A stretch of DNA of 64,000 nt from Candidatus Kerfeldbacteria bacterium (GTDB lineage Bacteria > Patescibacteriota > Patescibacteriia > UBA10025 > JAHIVO01). The translations under genes were made by a program, and so were the position numbers. This document shows, piece by piece, positions 39,035 through 47,900 of this stretch; position 1 is the first letter of the stretch, and every line of letters starts with the position of its first letter. The stretch is from positions 600,007 through 664,006 of the forward strand of contig JACROE010000002.1 of NCBI GenBank assembly GCA_016214565.1. Reading direction: 5' to 3'. The notes under the pieces were generated by a model, which worked only from the letters and a program-made list of their open reading frames with translations, searched no databases and was not told where the DNA came from.

Positions 39035-39343
39035 ATGACCAAACAATTCACACGCACGGTCGAGGATTTTACGTGCGAGCATTGCGGCCATGAGGTTAAG
39101 GGGACAGGGTATACCAACCATTGTCCAGCTTGCTTGTGGTCAAAACATGTCGACGTAAATCCGGGCGATCGTCAAGCCGAGTGTCTCGGTATGATGGAGC
39201 CAATCTCGATCGAGCAAAAGCGTGGCGATTTCGTAATCGTCCAGCGTTGTCAATCGTGCGGTCATGTTCGAAAAAACAAGGCTGCACCAGAGGACGACAT
39301 GGACGAGATCATACGTATCTCGTCGCACGGCATCCAGGGGTAG
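39035..39343 (+). CDS. RNHCP-domain Cys-rich protein (candidate substrate or partner of the downstream radical-SAM enzymes)
   Basis: AAGGAGG RBS; 102 aa with 7 Cys (CxxC...NHCPxC...C...CxxC); NHCPACLWSKHVD matches the RNHCP family signature (from memory); first gene of the operon. Confidence 0.6.
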   Translation: MTKQFTRTVEDFTCEHCGHEVKGTGYTNHCPACLWSKHVDVNPGDRQAECLGMMEPISIEQKRGDFVIVQRCQSCGHVRKNKAAPEDDMDEIIRISSHGIQG

Positions 39344-39424
39344 TAATGTTGCTTATACAGTACTGCCCCTTCGCCTTTTTCTGAAAAGTGATGTTTTTGT
39401 TGATATATCAGAAAGGAGTCCGTC

Positions 39425-40786
39425 GTGGATAAGCAGAAATGTGCTGGATGTGCCGTTGGGTGCGTGCCGTTTGATTCGGTGCCGCATCTGTGTCACATCG
39501 AGACGACTTATCAATGCAATTCGGATTGTATCTTTTGTTACAATCCGGAGCGCGAAAAACCGATCAATACTTCATTGATCGATCGGGTCGTACGATCCGT
39601 GGCTGCCAGTCAGATACCGCATGTGTATCTGATTGGGGGTGAACCGAGTATGCTCGGCGTCGAAAAGCTCAATGAGTACATTGAGCTCCTCAGTGATCAT
39701 TCGTCAGTAACGATCGTTACCAACGGGCGAATCACTCTGCGCGGCATTTCGCCGCGTTTGGCCTGCTTCGGCGTACCGCTCCACGGAGCCACAGCCGAAG
39801 CGCATGATTTCATCACGCGACGACCTCATAGTTTCGATCAAGCGCTTCGCTCGATTGATTACTATGTGGGCCAGGGACATGATGTACGTTGTATTCCGGT
39901 TTTGACGGGGTATAACGCGCATGAGATCTACGATATCATTCGTATTGCCGTGGAACATGGCATGGAATCGATTTTCGTGGATCGGTATGAAGATGGCGGC
40001 ATCGGCGCGCAGCATTCGGTCAATGACCCGCGGTTGAAGCCAACCATGGATCAGTTCCGGGATGCGGTAACGCAGATGTTGCGAGCGCGGGAAGATTTTC
40101 CTCAGCTTGGTGGTCGGGTCGGATTTGGCACGGCCATCCCGTACTGCATTGATGAACGGCTGATTCGGGAAGGCATGACTGCCAATTGTGGCGTGGGGTC
40201 TACATTCTGCGCCATCAACCCATCGGGTGACGTCCGGCTCTGCAACCAATCACAACTGGTGTTTGGTAATGTGTTGCTGGAATCGCTTGAGGCGATTTGG
40301 CAGCAGCGCTCACTCGATACGTTCCGCGATTTGTCGTGGGTCGAGGAGCCGTGCCGCTCGTGTCCGTTGCTGGACGAATGCGTCTGTGGCTGCAAGGTCG
40401 ACGCAAACTGTTCGGATCGATTCTGTATCGATTACGCAGTACGTGGGTTGATCAAGCCGCCCATCGATGTCAGCGTGATACAGCCGACTGCTACCACGGA
40501 GGTTTCGTTTCCTGAAGCCTATCGTCAGTTTTTCGTCAATCGCTACACGAAGATACTCGATCGCCATCCGGAACGATTCTTGGTGACGCGGTATCAGACG
40601 GTGACATTGAATGACGGCGCACTCGAAGTGCTTCGAGCTATCATTGACAAGAGGTTATTGACTGAACAATCGGTCATTACCTATTTTGCCGATGAGATCC
40701 CCGAGCCGGAATTGCGGCGGGCTATCTCGCTGTTTATCCGGGCTGGCGCACTTGATGAAACGGAGGTGACTCATGCCGGTACATGA
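39425..40786 (+). CDS. radical SAM/SPASM-domain enzyme with C-terminal PqqD-like RiPP recognition element
   Basis: GTG start with AAAGGAG RBS; CNSDCIFC (Cx3Cx2C); downstream Cys cluster CRSCPLLDECVCGCK (SPASM/twitch); C-terminal LNDGALEVLRAIIDKRLLTEQSVITYF...LFIRAGAL resembles PqqD/RRE. Confidence 0.75.
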   Translation: MDKQKCAGCAVGCVPFDSVPHLCHIETTYQCNSDCIFCYNPEREKPINTSLIDRVVRSVAASQIPHVYLIGGEPSMLGVEKLNEYIELLSDHSSVTIVTNGRITLRGISPRLACFGVPLHGATAEAHDFITRRPHSFDQALRSIDYYVGQGHDVRCIPVLTGYNAHEIYDIIRIAVEHGMESIFVDRYEDGGIGAQHSVNDPRLKPTMDQFRDAVTQMLRAREDFPQLGGRVGFGTAIPYCIDERLIREGMTANCGVGSTFCAINPSGDVRLCNQSQLVFGNVLLESLEAIWQQRSLDTFRDLSWVEEPCRSCPLLDECVCGCKVDANCSDRFCIDYAVRGLIKPPIDVSVIQPTATTEVSFPEAYRQFFVNRYTKILDRHPERFLVTRYQTVTLNDGALEVLRAIIDKRLLTEQSVITYFADEIPEPELRRAISLFIRAGALDETEVTHAGT

Positions 40787-42260
40787 TGTGCATTGGGAAA
40801 TCACTAACGCGTGCAATCTGCGCTGTTTACACTGTGTTCAGTGTTCAGGTGCGCCACGTACTGGTGAGCTCAATCCGGACGAAGCGGTGCAGATCATCGA
40901 TCGATTAGCAGCAGCAGGCGTGCAGCGTATTTGCTGGACCGGCGGAGAACCGTTTGTCCGGCGTGATTTCGCGACGCTGCTTCAGCAGGCGCATCAGGCA
41001 GGCATTGTGCAAGCCGTCATCACTAACGGGTATCTGGTTCGGCAAGGGCAGCTCATGATGCTTCAGCAATTGGCCATCCCGCTCGGCGTCAGCTTGGATG
41101 CGACGACTGCAGAATTGCATGATGCCCTGCGCGGTGACGGGTCATTTGACCGGGCGATGCAGACGATTGTGTCTGCGCGAGCGCAGGCCATACCCGTAAC
41201 GCTGTATGCAACGGTTACTCGGGGAAATATCCACGAGTTGCCATCGCTCATCGCTCTCGCCAAGCACTTTGATTGCGGTATTCATGTCAATGAAGTGTCA
41301 TTGGCTGGTCGCGCCGAAGCGATTTGGCCCCGTCTGGCACTGAATGAAGCGTTGCGCGAACAGCTGACCGTGATGGTTGCCGATGCAGCCCGCGAGCATT
41401 TCGGTGAAACGCCGGAGTGGGCTCCGGACGGATGCTGGGCTGACGGCTCGGCTGTCTACCTTCGCTCTGATGGTCAAGTGTTCCTCTGCAGTGAGCAGGT
41501 GCAGTATGCACACAGCGCCGCACTGGGGCACATTCTGGAGCATTCACTTGATGAACTGCTTCAGACCGACTTGATCAGTCAGTGTAGTGGCAGCGCATGT
41601 TCGTATCGCGTATTATCAAGTCCGCGCGTGACGATGATTATCAATCAGCCGATCAGGTGCCCGCTGGTTTCCGTTGAGTCGAAGTTAGAAACCCTGGACG
41701 CACTCAATCAGGCACTCGACGCGTTGTATGCGCCGTTTGCCGATGTGTGTGTCGCGTGCCAGGATAAGTGTTGCCAGGGATTCGTCTGGCTGATGCCTGA
41801 GGAATTGACTCGTCTCCAGCAGTGTGAGGTCGATACGGTCGAAGTGAATGACGCCGCGTCGTTCATCCATTCTTTTCCTGAAAAAGAAGACGGTTCAATC
41901 GACGTATCGGTTCCGTCGCCGCTCTGTAGTCAGCTCTGTTCGCTCCAGCCGCGTCGCTGCCGAGTGTATGCCGATCGTCCTTTTTCCTGTCGCCTCTACC
42001 CGATTGGGTTGGAGGTGCGGGAAGATGGCATGCTGGTCTGGGCACTTCATCAGGATTGTCAGATTACTCGATATCTGGGGAGCGAGGGACTGCTCGAGGA
42101 ATTCGAACGGCGAGCGCTGCAGATTCTGGACAGCATGTGTCCGGAATTGTATGCTAGTATTATTGAAGCGTATCGCAAGGTACATATTCTGATAACTTTC
42201 CCCCTTGGGGGAAATAACATTCGCACTTTAAAGGAGGTGGTTAAGCTTGTCAAAGTGTAA
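40773..42260 (+). CDS. radical SAM enzyme fused to a C-terminal YkgJ-type (CxxCxxxCC) Fe-S/zinc-chelating domain
   Basis: 14-nt overlap with the upstream gene; CNLRCLHC (Cx3Cx2C); C-terminal CVACQDKCCQGF...CRVYADRPFSCRLYP resembles the YkgJ/UPF0153 family. Confidence 0.7.
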   Translation: MPVHDVHWEITNACNLRCLHCVQCSGAPRTGELNPDEAVQIIDRLAAAGVQRICWTGGEPFVRRDFATLLQQAHQAGIVQAVITNGYLVRQGQLMMLQQLAIPLGVSLDATTAELHDALRGDGSFDRAMQTIVSARAQAIPVTLYATVTRGNIHELPSLIALAKHFDCGIHVNEVSLAGRAEAIWPRLALNEALREQLTVMVADAAREHFGETPEWAPDGCWADGSAVYLRSDGQVFLCSEQVQYAHSAALGHILEHSLDELLQTDLISQCSGSACSYRVLSSPRVTMIINQPIRCPLVSVESKLETLDALNQALDALYAPFADVCVACQDKCCQGFVWLMPEELTRLQQCEVDTVEVNDAASFIHSFPEKEDGSIDVSVPSPLCSQLCSLQPRRCRVYADRPFSCRLYPIGLEVREDGMLVWALHQDCQITRYLGSEGLLEEFERRALQILDSMCPELYASIIEAYRKVHILITFPLGGNNIRTLKEVVKLVKV

Positions 42261-42370
42261 GGCTGTCTTAGACAGCACAAAAGTGACCAAGATCAATGTC
42301 ACCAAGGGCACGCCGCCCAAAAGCGACAAGACGAAGTAATGGTCAAATAGCCGAAAGGCTACGTATTCAT

Positions 42371-42408
42371 GTGGCGCGTTTGCATTTTTGCAGAGGCGCC
42401 ACTTTTTT
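42371..42408 (+). terminator. rho-independent terminator closing the radical-SAM operon
   Basis: GTGGCGC...GGCGCCAC stem followed by TTTTTT. Confidence 0.6.
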
Positions 42409-42421
42409 ATTCATCTATCCC

Positions 42422-42450
42422 TTGCCAGCGGTAGGGTTTTCTGGTACACT
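42422..42450 (+). promoter_or_regulatory. typA promoter (TTGCCA-17-TACACT)
   Basis: Hexamers by eye, 50 nt upstream of typA ATG. Confidence 0.45.
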
Positions 42451-42502
42451 CGTGCCACGTATGTGTCCTGCAACAGGACCATTTATTTTATCCGTCGATT
42501 TT

Positions 42503-44284
42503 ATGGAAATACGAAACATCGCCATTATTGCTCACGTCGACCACGGGAAGACACTGCTGACTGACGCGATTATGCGGCAGACCGGCATGGTAACTGATGA
42601 CGCGGTCAGTATGGATTCCAATGTGCTGGAAAAAGAGCGCGGTATTACGATTTATTCGAAAAACGCCTCGGTTTTTTACCGTGGCACGAAAATCAATATT
42701 GTGGACACGCCGGGCCATGCGGATTTTGGCTCTGAAGTTGAACGAGTACTTCGTTCAATTGATAGTGTGTTATTGGTAGTCGATGCGCAGGAAGGCCCCA
42801 TGCCCCAGACGCGGTTTGTATTGAAGAAATCGCTTGAGCTCGGCCTGAAACCGATCGTGGTCATTAATAAAATTGATAAGCCGGCAGCTGATCCTGATTT
42901 GGCTCAAGAGGAAGTATTTGAATTATTTCTTGATTTAGGCGCCAGTGACGAACAATTGGATTTTACTACCGTGTACGCCATCGGGCGCGACGGTATTGCG
43001 AAGATGAATTTAGCCGATGAATCGAAAGATCTCACCCCGTTGCTTGATACTATTCTATTGAAAGTAAAACCCGCCAATGCTGACATCAGTCTTCCATTCA
43101 GATTTCAACCATTTAATCTCGCCTACGATAATTTTCTTGGCCGTTTAGCTATTGGTCGGATGTATGAGGGCACCATTAAAACAGGTGGCCCGGCCGTGCG
43201 CAAGGGAACCGATGGTACGGTACAGAACGGAAAAATTACGAAATTGTTTTCATTTAAAGGAATGCAGCGTGAGGAAGTAACCGAGGCGGTTGCTGGCGAT
43301 ATTGTCATGGTGGCGGGGTTTGCCGATATTGATATTGGCGATACGATTTGTGCTGATGCCAGTCAGGAGTCGTTGCCCGCTATTCTGATTGATGAGCCGA
43401 CCATATCACTACAACTATTGGTGAACAATTCTCCGTTTGGCGGACGCGAGGGAACCTACGTTACCAGTCGGCAGATTCGGGAGCGATTAGAGAAAGAATT
43501 GGAAGTCAACGTGGGTTTGCGCATTGATTTTTCTTCAGACACGTATACCGTGTTTGGCCGCGGCGAATTACATATCGCTATACTTCTAGAAAACATGCGT
43601 CGCGAAGGATATGAAGTGCAAGTGTCACAACCGCATGTCATTAATAAGGAAATTGACGGAAAACTCAACGAACCTTTTGAAGAAGCGACCGTCGATGTTC
43701 CCGAAGCCCAATCCGGCGTGGTCATTGAAAAGCTCGGCAAACGCGCGGGCGTGATGGTCCACATGGAGAACGAGGCCGGACAAGCGCGGATGCTCTTTGA
43801 GATTCCCACGCGTGGATTGTTAGGGTACCGAAATGAATTTATCGTTGATACGAAAGGCGAGGGTATCCTGTGCTCGCGTTTTATCGGGTATCGACCGCAT
43901 GTCGGGGAAATCAAGAAGCGCGACGTCGGTTCGATGGTGTCTATGGCCACCGGCAAGGCGCTCGGGTACTCGCTCAATAATTTGCAGACCCGAGGCACTC
44001 TGTATATTTCGCCAGCTACTGAAGTATATGAGGGTATGGTCATCGGTAATACCTCAAAAGGCGATGATATGGCAGTCAATCCGATCAAAGGAAAGAAGTT
44101 AAGCAATATGCGCGCTTCGGGTACTGATGATGCGATCCAACTCGAACCGCCGATGGAGCTAACTATTGAGCGGGGATTGGAAGTGATGGCTGATGATGAG
44201 TATCTCGAGATTACTCCGAAGAGCGTCCGTCTGCGGAAGCAGCATCTGACGGTCAACGAGCGGCGCCGCGCCGGGGAAATATAA
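42503..44284 (+). CDS. typA: translational GTPase TypA/BipA
   Basis: Start at [19 protein letters not shown] (G1); DTPGHADF (G3); NKIDK (G4); EF-G-like domains; upstream in-frame extension of the ORF track is 5' UTR. Confidence 0.9.
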   Translation: MEIRNIAIIAHVDHGKTLLTDAIMRQTGMVTDDAVSMDSNVLEKERGITIYSKNASVFYRGTKINIVDTPGHADFGSEVERVLRSIDSVLLVVDAQEGPMPQTRFVLKKSLELGLKPIVVINKIDKPAADPDLAQEEVFELFLDLGASDEQLDFTTVYAIGRDGIAKMNLADESKDLTPLLDTILLKVKPANADISLPFRFQPFNLAYDNFLGRLAIGRMYEGTIKTGGPAVRKGTDGTVQNGKITKLFSFKGMQREEVTEAVAGDIVMVAGFADIDIGDTICADASQESLPAILIDEPTISLQLLVNNSPFGGREGTYVTSRQIRERLEKELEVNVGLRIDFSSDTYTVFGRGELHIAILLENMRREGYEVQVSQPHVINKEIDGKLNEPFEEATVDVPEAQSGVVIEKLGKRAGVMVHMENEAGQARMLFEIPTRGLLGYRNEFIVDTKGEGILCSRFIGYRPHVGEIKKRDVGSMVSMATGKALGYSLNNLQTRGTLYISPATEVYEGMVIGNTSKGDDMAVNPIKGKKLSNMRASGTDDAIQLEPPMELTIERGLEVMADDEYLEITPKSVRLRKQHLTVNERRRAGEI

Positions 44285-44342
44285 TTTTAATTTATCCACA
44301 GGCACGCTCATTGGCGGTCTTGTGTTATTTGTGGGTTGTGAT

Positions 44343-44362
44343 ATATTCATAACATTGAATAT
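44343..44362 (+). promoter_or_regulatory. candidate ArsR/SmtB-type operator (ATATTCA-N6-TGAATAT) overlapping the regulator start codon
   Basis: Perfect 7-6-7 inverted repeat immediately at the ATG of the ArsR-family gene. Confidence 0.45.
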
Positions 44363-44834
44363 GTTACCCACCCTATTTCAACCACATAGTCAGCTTTTTA
44401 AGGCTCTCGCCAGTCCAAAACGACTGGAAATTGTGCATTTATTGCGCACTCACTGCATGCGGGTGGAGGAAATTCAGCGCATGACCGGTATGACCCAGGC
44501 AAATGTCAGTCAGCACCTGCAGGTACTGCGCCGGTGTAATGTCGTAGTGCCGCAGCGAACGGGCAAAGCTATTAGTTATTGCTTATCGCATCCCCGTATC
44601 GTCCACGCCCTGGATGACGTGCAGCAAATTTTAGTCGACCGGAAAAAGGTTAATTCGGCGCAGAGTGCCCACAAGACCCGCGTGCCGATCCCCCAAGTGA
44701 TTGATCCGGTCTGCGGCATGTCTATCTCGCCACAAACGGCGGTGCTGATGGCGAATTATCGCCGCTCCACGTATTATTTTTGTGCATCAGGATGCCATGC
44801 AGCATTTACTAAAAAACCAGAACACTATGTATAA
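44361..44834 (+). CDS. ArsR/SmtB-family metalloregulator fused to a C-terminal YHS/TRASH metal-binding domain
   Basis: wHTH (LASPKRLEIVHLL...EIQRMTGMTQANVSQHLQVLR); C-terminal DPVCGMSI...YYFCASGC is YHS/TRASH-like. Confidence 0.65.
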   Translation: MLPTLFQPHSQLFKALASPKRLEIVHLLRTHCMRVEEIQRMTGMTQANVSQHLQVLRRCNVVVPQRTGKAISYCLSHPRIVHALDDVQQILVDRKKVNSAQSAHKTRVPIPQVIDPVCGMSISPQTAVLMANYRRSTYYFCASGCHAAFTKKPEHYV

Positions 44835-45291
44835 GAAAACAATTATTGCGGTTCTTATTTTTTCATTCTTCGGTGTGCTTTTGTCCGGTTATCTTTCATA
44901 TTGGAATCTATTTGGTCCCAGCTGCCACGTCGGCCCCTTGAACTGGTTGGTTTCCTGCGGTGGTCCCGGGAAAGTGTTAATTTTTGGTCAGCCTACCTGC
45001 ATCTATGGTTTTGGCATGTTTTTCAGCGTGATGGTTTTGTCAGTCATTGCGCTGGCCACCCTACCCAAGCGCGGTTTGGTGCGCGCCCTGATGACGCTTG
45101 GCGTAGTTGGCACATTATTTTCGGCGGGTCTTATTATTTATGAAGTGTGGATTCTTAAGCTGGCGTTTACGGGATTGCCCGCATGCGTGTATGGATTTGT
45201 TCTTTACGTTGGCATATTGATATCAAGTGTGCTCGCCAGTCGCTCTTTTCAGACCGCACAATCAACTAACTCTCACAATCAGCCAATATGA
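44827..45291 (+). CDS. integral membrane protein with four conserved Cys (thiol-disulfide oxidoreductase-like, DsbB/VKOR analog?)
   Basis: About 4 TM helices; Cys in periplasmic loops (SCHVGPLNWLVSC, PTCIY, PACVY); family assignment uncertain. Confidence 0.35.
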   Translation: MYKKTIIAVLIFSFFGVLLSGYLSYWNLFGPSCHVGPLNWLVSCGGPGKVLIFGQPTCIYGFGMFFSVMVLSVIALATLPKRGLVRALMTLGVVGTLFSAGLIIYEVWILKLAFTGLPACVYGFVLYVGILISSVLASRSFQTAQSTNSHNQPI

Positions 45292-45659
45292 CCATCGATC
45301 AAATCATTGGTATCCTACTCATCATTCTCGTTATTGCATTTTTTGCACTTTGGCTCAGATTCCAGCGCCGTCAAGAGAAGGCGGATTTCAAAGATAATGC
45401 CCAAGAAATTACGGTGCTGGTCAAAGGCGCCTATGATCCAAATGTGATAACGGTTCGTGCCGGCGTTCCCTTACGCATCCACTTCAATCGGCAAGAAGAC
45501 ACGGATTGTTCGCGGTATGTGACATTTGACGGGCTTAATATACGAAAAGATCTAAAGGCATTTGCCATGACTGATGTTGAATTCACACCAAAAAATCCTG
45601 GTGAAATCTCGTTTACGTGTGATATGGGGATGTATCAGGGAAAAATAATTGTAACCTAA
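45288..45659 (+). CDS. membrane-anchored cupredoxin-like metal-binding protein (C-terminal CDMGMYQG motif)
   Basis: N-terminal TM; domain homologous to the C-terminus of the 47901-49019 protein; 4-nt overlap upstream, 5 nt before copA. Confidence 0.5.
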   Translation: MTIDQIIGILLIILVIAFFALWLRFQRRQEKADFKDNAQEITVLVKGAYDPNVITVRAGVPLRIHFNRQEDTDCSRYVTFDGLNIRKDLKAFAMTDVEFTPKNPGEISFTCDMGMYQGKIIVT

Positions 45660-45664
45660 TATAT

Positions 45665-47866
45665 ATGTCATCAAACGAAACTATTATTTCACTCAGGGGC
45701 ATGCACTGTGCCAGTTGTGCCCAGCTTATCGAGCGCCGGTTGCGAAAAGTTCCGGGCGTGGAGCATGCCATGGTTAATTATGGGACAGAGCGGGCGCATG
45801 TGACTCACGCGTCAGATGCCGTCGCCCCTGAACAATTGATCAAAACCGTGGTTGATGCCGGCTACCAGGGGACTATTCTCGATCGAGAACATAACACCGA
45901 AGCAGTCGATAAGGAAAAAGAAATTCAAAAAATCCGTCGTACGTTTTGGATCAGTCTGGTGCTGGCTATTCCGGTTTTGATATTGAGCATGGGGATGAAG
46001 ATTGTACCGCAGATTGAGGAAATTCCATATCGCGAGTGGTTGCAGTTTCTCTTTGCTACCCCGATCCAATTTTGGGCTGGCTGGCAGTTTTATCGAGGGA
46101 CCTGGGGTGCGCTGCGTGCTCGCACGGCTAACATGGATAGCCTGATCGCGCTCGGGACATCGACTGCCTATGTCTATTCATTATTTGTGGTGGGCGGTCT
46201 GATTGATGGCGAGGTTTATTTCGAAATTGGTAGCATCCTGATTGCTTTTGTCTTACTCGGCAAATGGCTCGAGGCGCGGGCGAAAGGCAAGACCAACGAG
46301 GCGATTAAGAAATTGATGGGATTAGCGCCCAAGACTGCCATTGTTATCCGTGATGGCGTCGAACAGGAGATTGCCCTGGATATGGTGCAGGTTGGCGATG
46401 TAATACGCGTCAAACCAGGGGCTAAAATCCCGGTGGATGGCACGGTCGCTGAAGGATCTTCTTCAGTGGATGAGTCTATGGTGACGGGAGAAAGCATTCC
46501 CGTGGAGAAGCATGCAGGTGATCCAGTTATTGGTGGCACCCTGAATATCCACGGGTCATTTACTTTTACCGCAACGAAGGTCGGGAAAGAAACGTTGCTC
46601 GCCGGCATTATACAGCTCGTAGAGCAGGCACAAGCATCAAAAGCGCCGATCCAGCGATTTGCCGATCGAGTCTCAGCTTATTTTGTGCCGACGGTTATTG
46701 CTATTTCTTTGATAACATTTATATCGTGGTATTTCTTGGCTGGTCAGGATTTCGTTTCTAGTTTATTAGCCTTTGTGGCCGTACTGGTGATTGCTTGCCC
46801 CTGCGCACTCGGCTTGGCTACTCCAACGGCCATTATTACCGGCACGGGGTTAGGCGCGAGCCATGGCATCCTGATCAAGGGCGGGGAAGCACTTGAGGCA
46901 GCGCGGAAAATTGATACTGTCGTATTTGATAAAACCGGCACCCTGACCCACGGCAAACCAGATGTCACTGATATTCACGCCACGAATCGAGGTCAGGAAC
47001 AGTACGTACTGACGGTCGCTGCTTCACTGGAGAAACAATCAGAGCATCCGCTCGCAGAAGCAATCGTGCGGAAAGCGCACGAGGAGCAGTTCGCCTTGTT
47101 TCCTGTTATTGATTTCGCGGCAGTCCCCGGGCATGGCGTGAAAGGCGTGATCGACGACAAACCAGTGTATCTGGGGAATCGGAAGTTAATGAAACAGATT
47201 GGCGTATCCTACGTTGAGGCCAGCGAGGCAATCGATGCGCTGGAGCATCAGGGTAAAACAGTTATGCTGTTAGCCGTCGGTAAAGCCCACGTTGGATTTA
47301 TTGCCGTGGCTGATACGGTGAAAGAAAGTTCCCGTGAAGCAATCACCGCATTACAGAAAATCGGTATTGGTGTACTGATGATCACCGGTGATAATGCACA
47401 GACCGCCCAAGCGATTGCCCAGCAGGTGGGCATCACTCGAGTGCTATCTGAAGTATTACCAAAAGATAAAGCGCACGAAGTAGTGGAATTGCAGCGGACC
47501 GGCGCACGGGTTGCTTTTGTCGGAGATGGCATTAATGACGCACCAGCGTTGGCTCAAGCGGATTTGGGAATCGCTATCGGCTCAGGCACGGATGTGGCAC
47601 TGGAAACCGGACAAATGGTTCTTGTTAAAAATGATTTACGCGACGTGGTGCGCGGTATCAGTTTATCCCGTCGCACATTTCGAAAAATTGTGCAGAATCT
47701 ATTTTGGGCATTAATTTATAATGTTGCAGGCATTCCTATTGCCGCGGGAGTCTTCTTCCCCATTTTTGGTTGGCAATTGCGGCCAGAATTGGCGGGAGCG
47801 GCGATGGCATTATCCAGTATCTCAGTGGTTTTGAATTCGTTATTATTAAAACGATGGCGACCATGA
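45665..47866 (+). CDS. copA: copper-translocating P1B-type ATPase
   Basis: N-terminal HMA (GMHCASCA), CPC transmembrane metal site, DKTGTLT phosphorylation motif, GDGINDAP hinge. Confidence 0.95.
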   Translation: MSSNETIISLRGMHCASCAQLIERRLRKVPGVEHAMVNYGTERAHVTHASDAVAPEQLIKTVVDAGYQGTILDREHNTEAVDKEKEIQKIRRTFWISLVLAIPVLILSMGMKIVPQIEEIPYREWLQFLFATPIQFWAGWQFYRGTWGALRARTANMDSLIALGTSTAYVYSLFVVGGLIDGEVYFEIGSILIAFVLLGKWLEARAKGKTNEAIKKLMGLAPKTAIVIRDGVEQEIALDMVQVGDVIRVKPGAKIPVDGTVAEGSSSVDESMVTGESIPVEKHAGDPVIGGTLNIHGSFTFTATKVGKETLLAGIIQLVEQAQASKAPIQRFADRVSAYFVPTVIAISLITFISWYFLAGQDFVSSLLAFVAVLVIACPCALGLATPTAIITGTGLGASHGILIKGGEALEAARKIDTVVFDKTGTLTHGKPDVTDIHATNRGQEQYVLTVAASLEKQSEHPLAEAIVRKAHEEQFALFPVIDFAAVPGHGVKGVIDDKPVYLGNRKLMKQIGVSYVEASEAIDALEHQGKTVMLLAVGKAHVGFIAVADTVKESSREAITALQKIGIGVLMITGDNAQTAQAIAQQVGITRVLSEVLPKDKAHEVVELQRTGARVAFVGDGINDAPALAQADLGIAIGSGTDVALETGQMVLVKNDLRDVVRGISLSRRTFRKIVQNLFWALIYNVAGIPIAAGVFFPIFGWQLRPELAGAAMALSSISVVLNSLLLKRWRP

Positions 47867-47900
47867 CATTATTTTCATTAATTAACGTATTATTAAGAGT

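Noticed and set aside
38391-42500. Idea that the rSAM block is a tRNA-Asn-integrated island bounded by a direct repeat of the tRNA 3' end
   Set aside because: No copy of the tRNA-Asn 3' end (GGTTCGAGTCCTCCCCCCAGAGC) was found between the operon terminator and typA. The accessory nature rests only on the AT-rich stretch and gene content.
42296-42502. N-terminal 69-aa extension of the typA ORF (MSPRARRPKATRR...)
   Set aside because: The in-frame upstream extension spans the operon terminator and the typA promoter. The conserved TypA N-terminus begins at [18 protein letters not shown] (42503). The extension is therefore 5' UTR.
43456-44256. 266-aa minus-strand ORF within typA
   Set aside because: Antisense shadow ORF of the conserved TypA gene; no start context.
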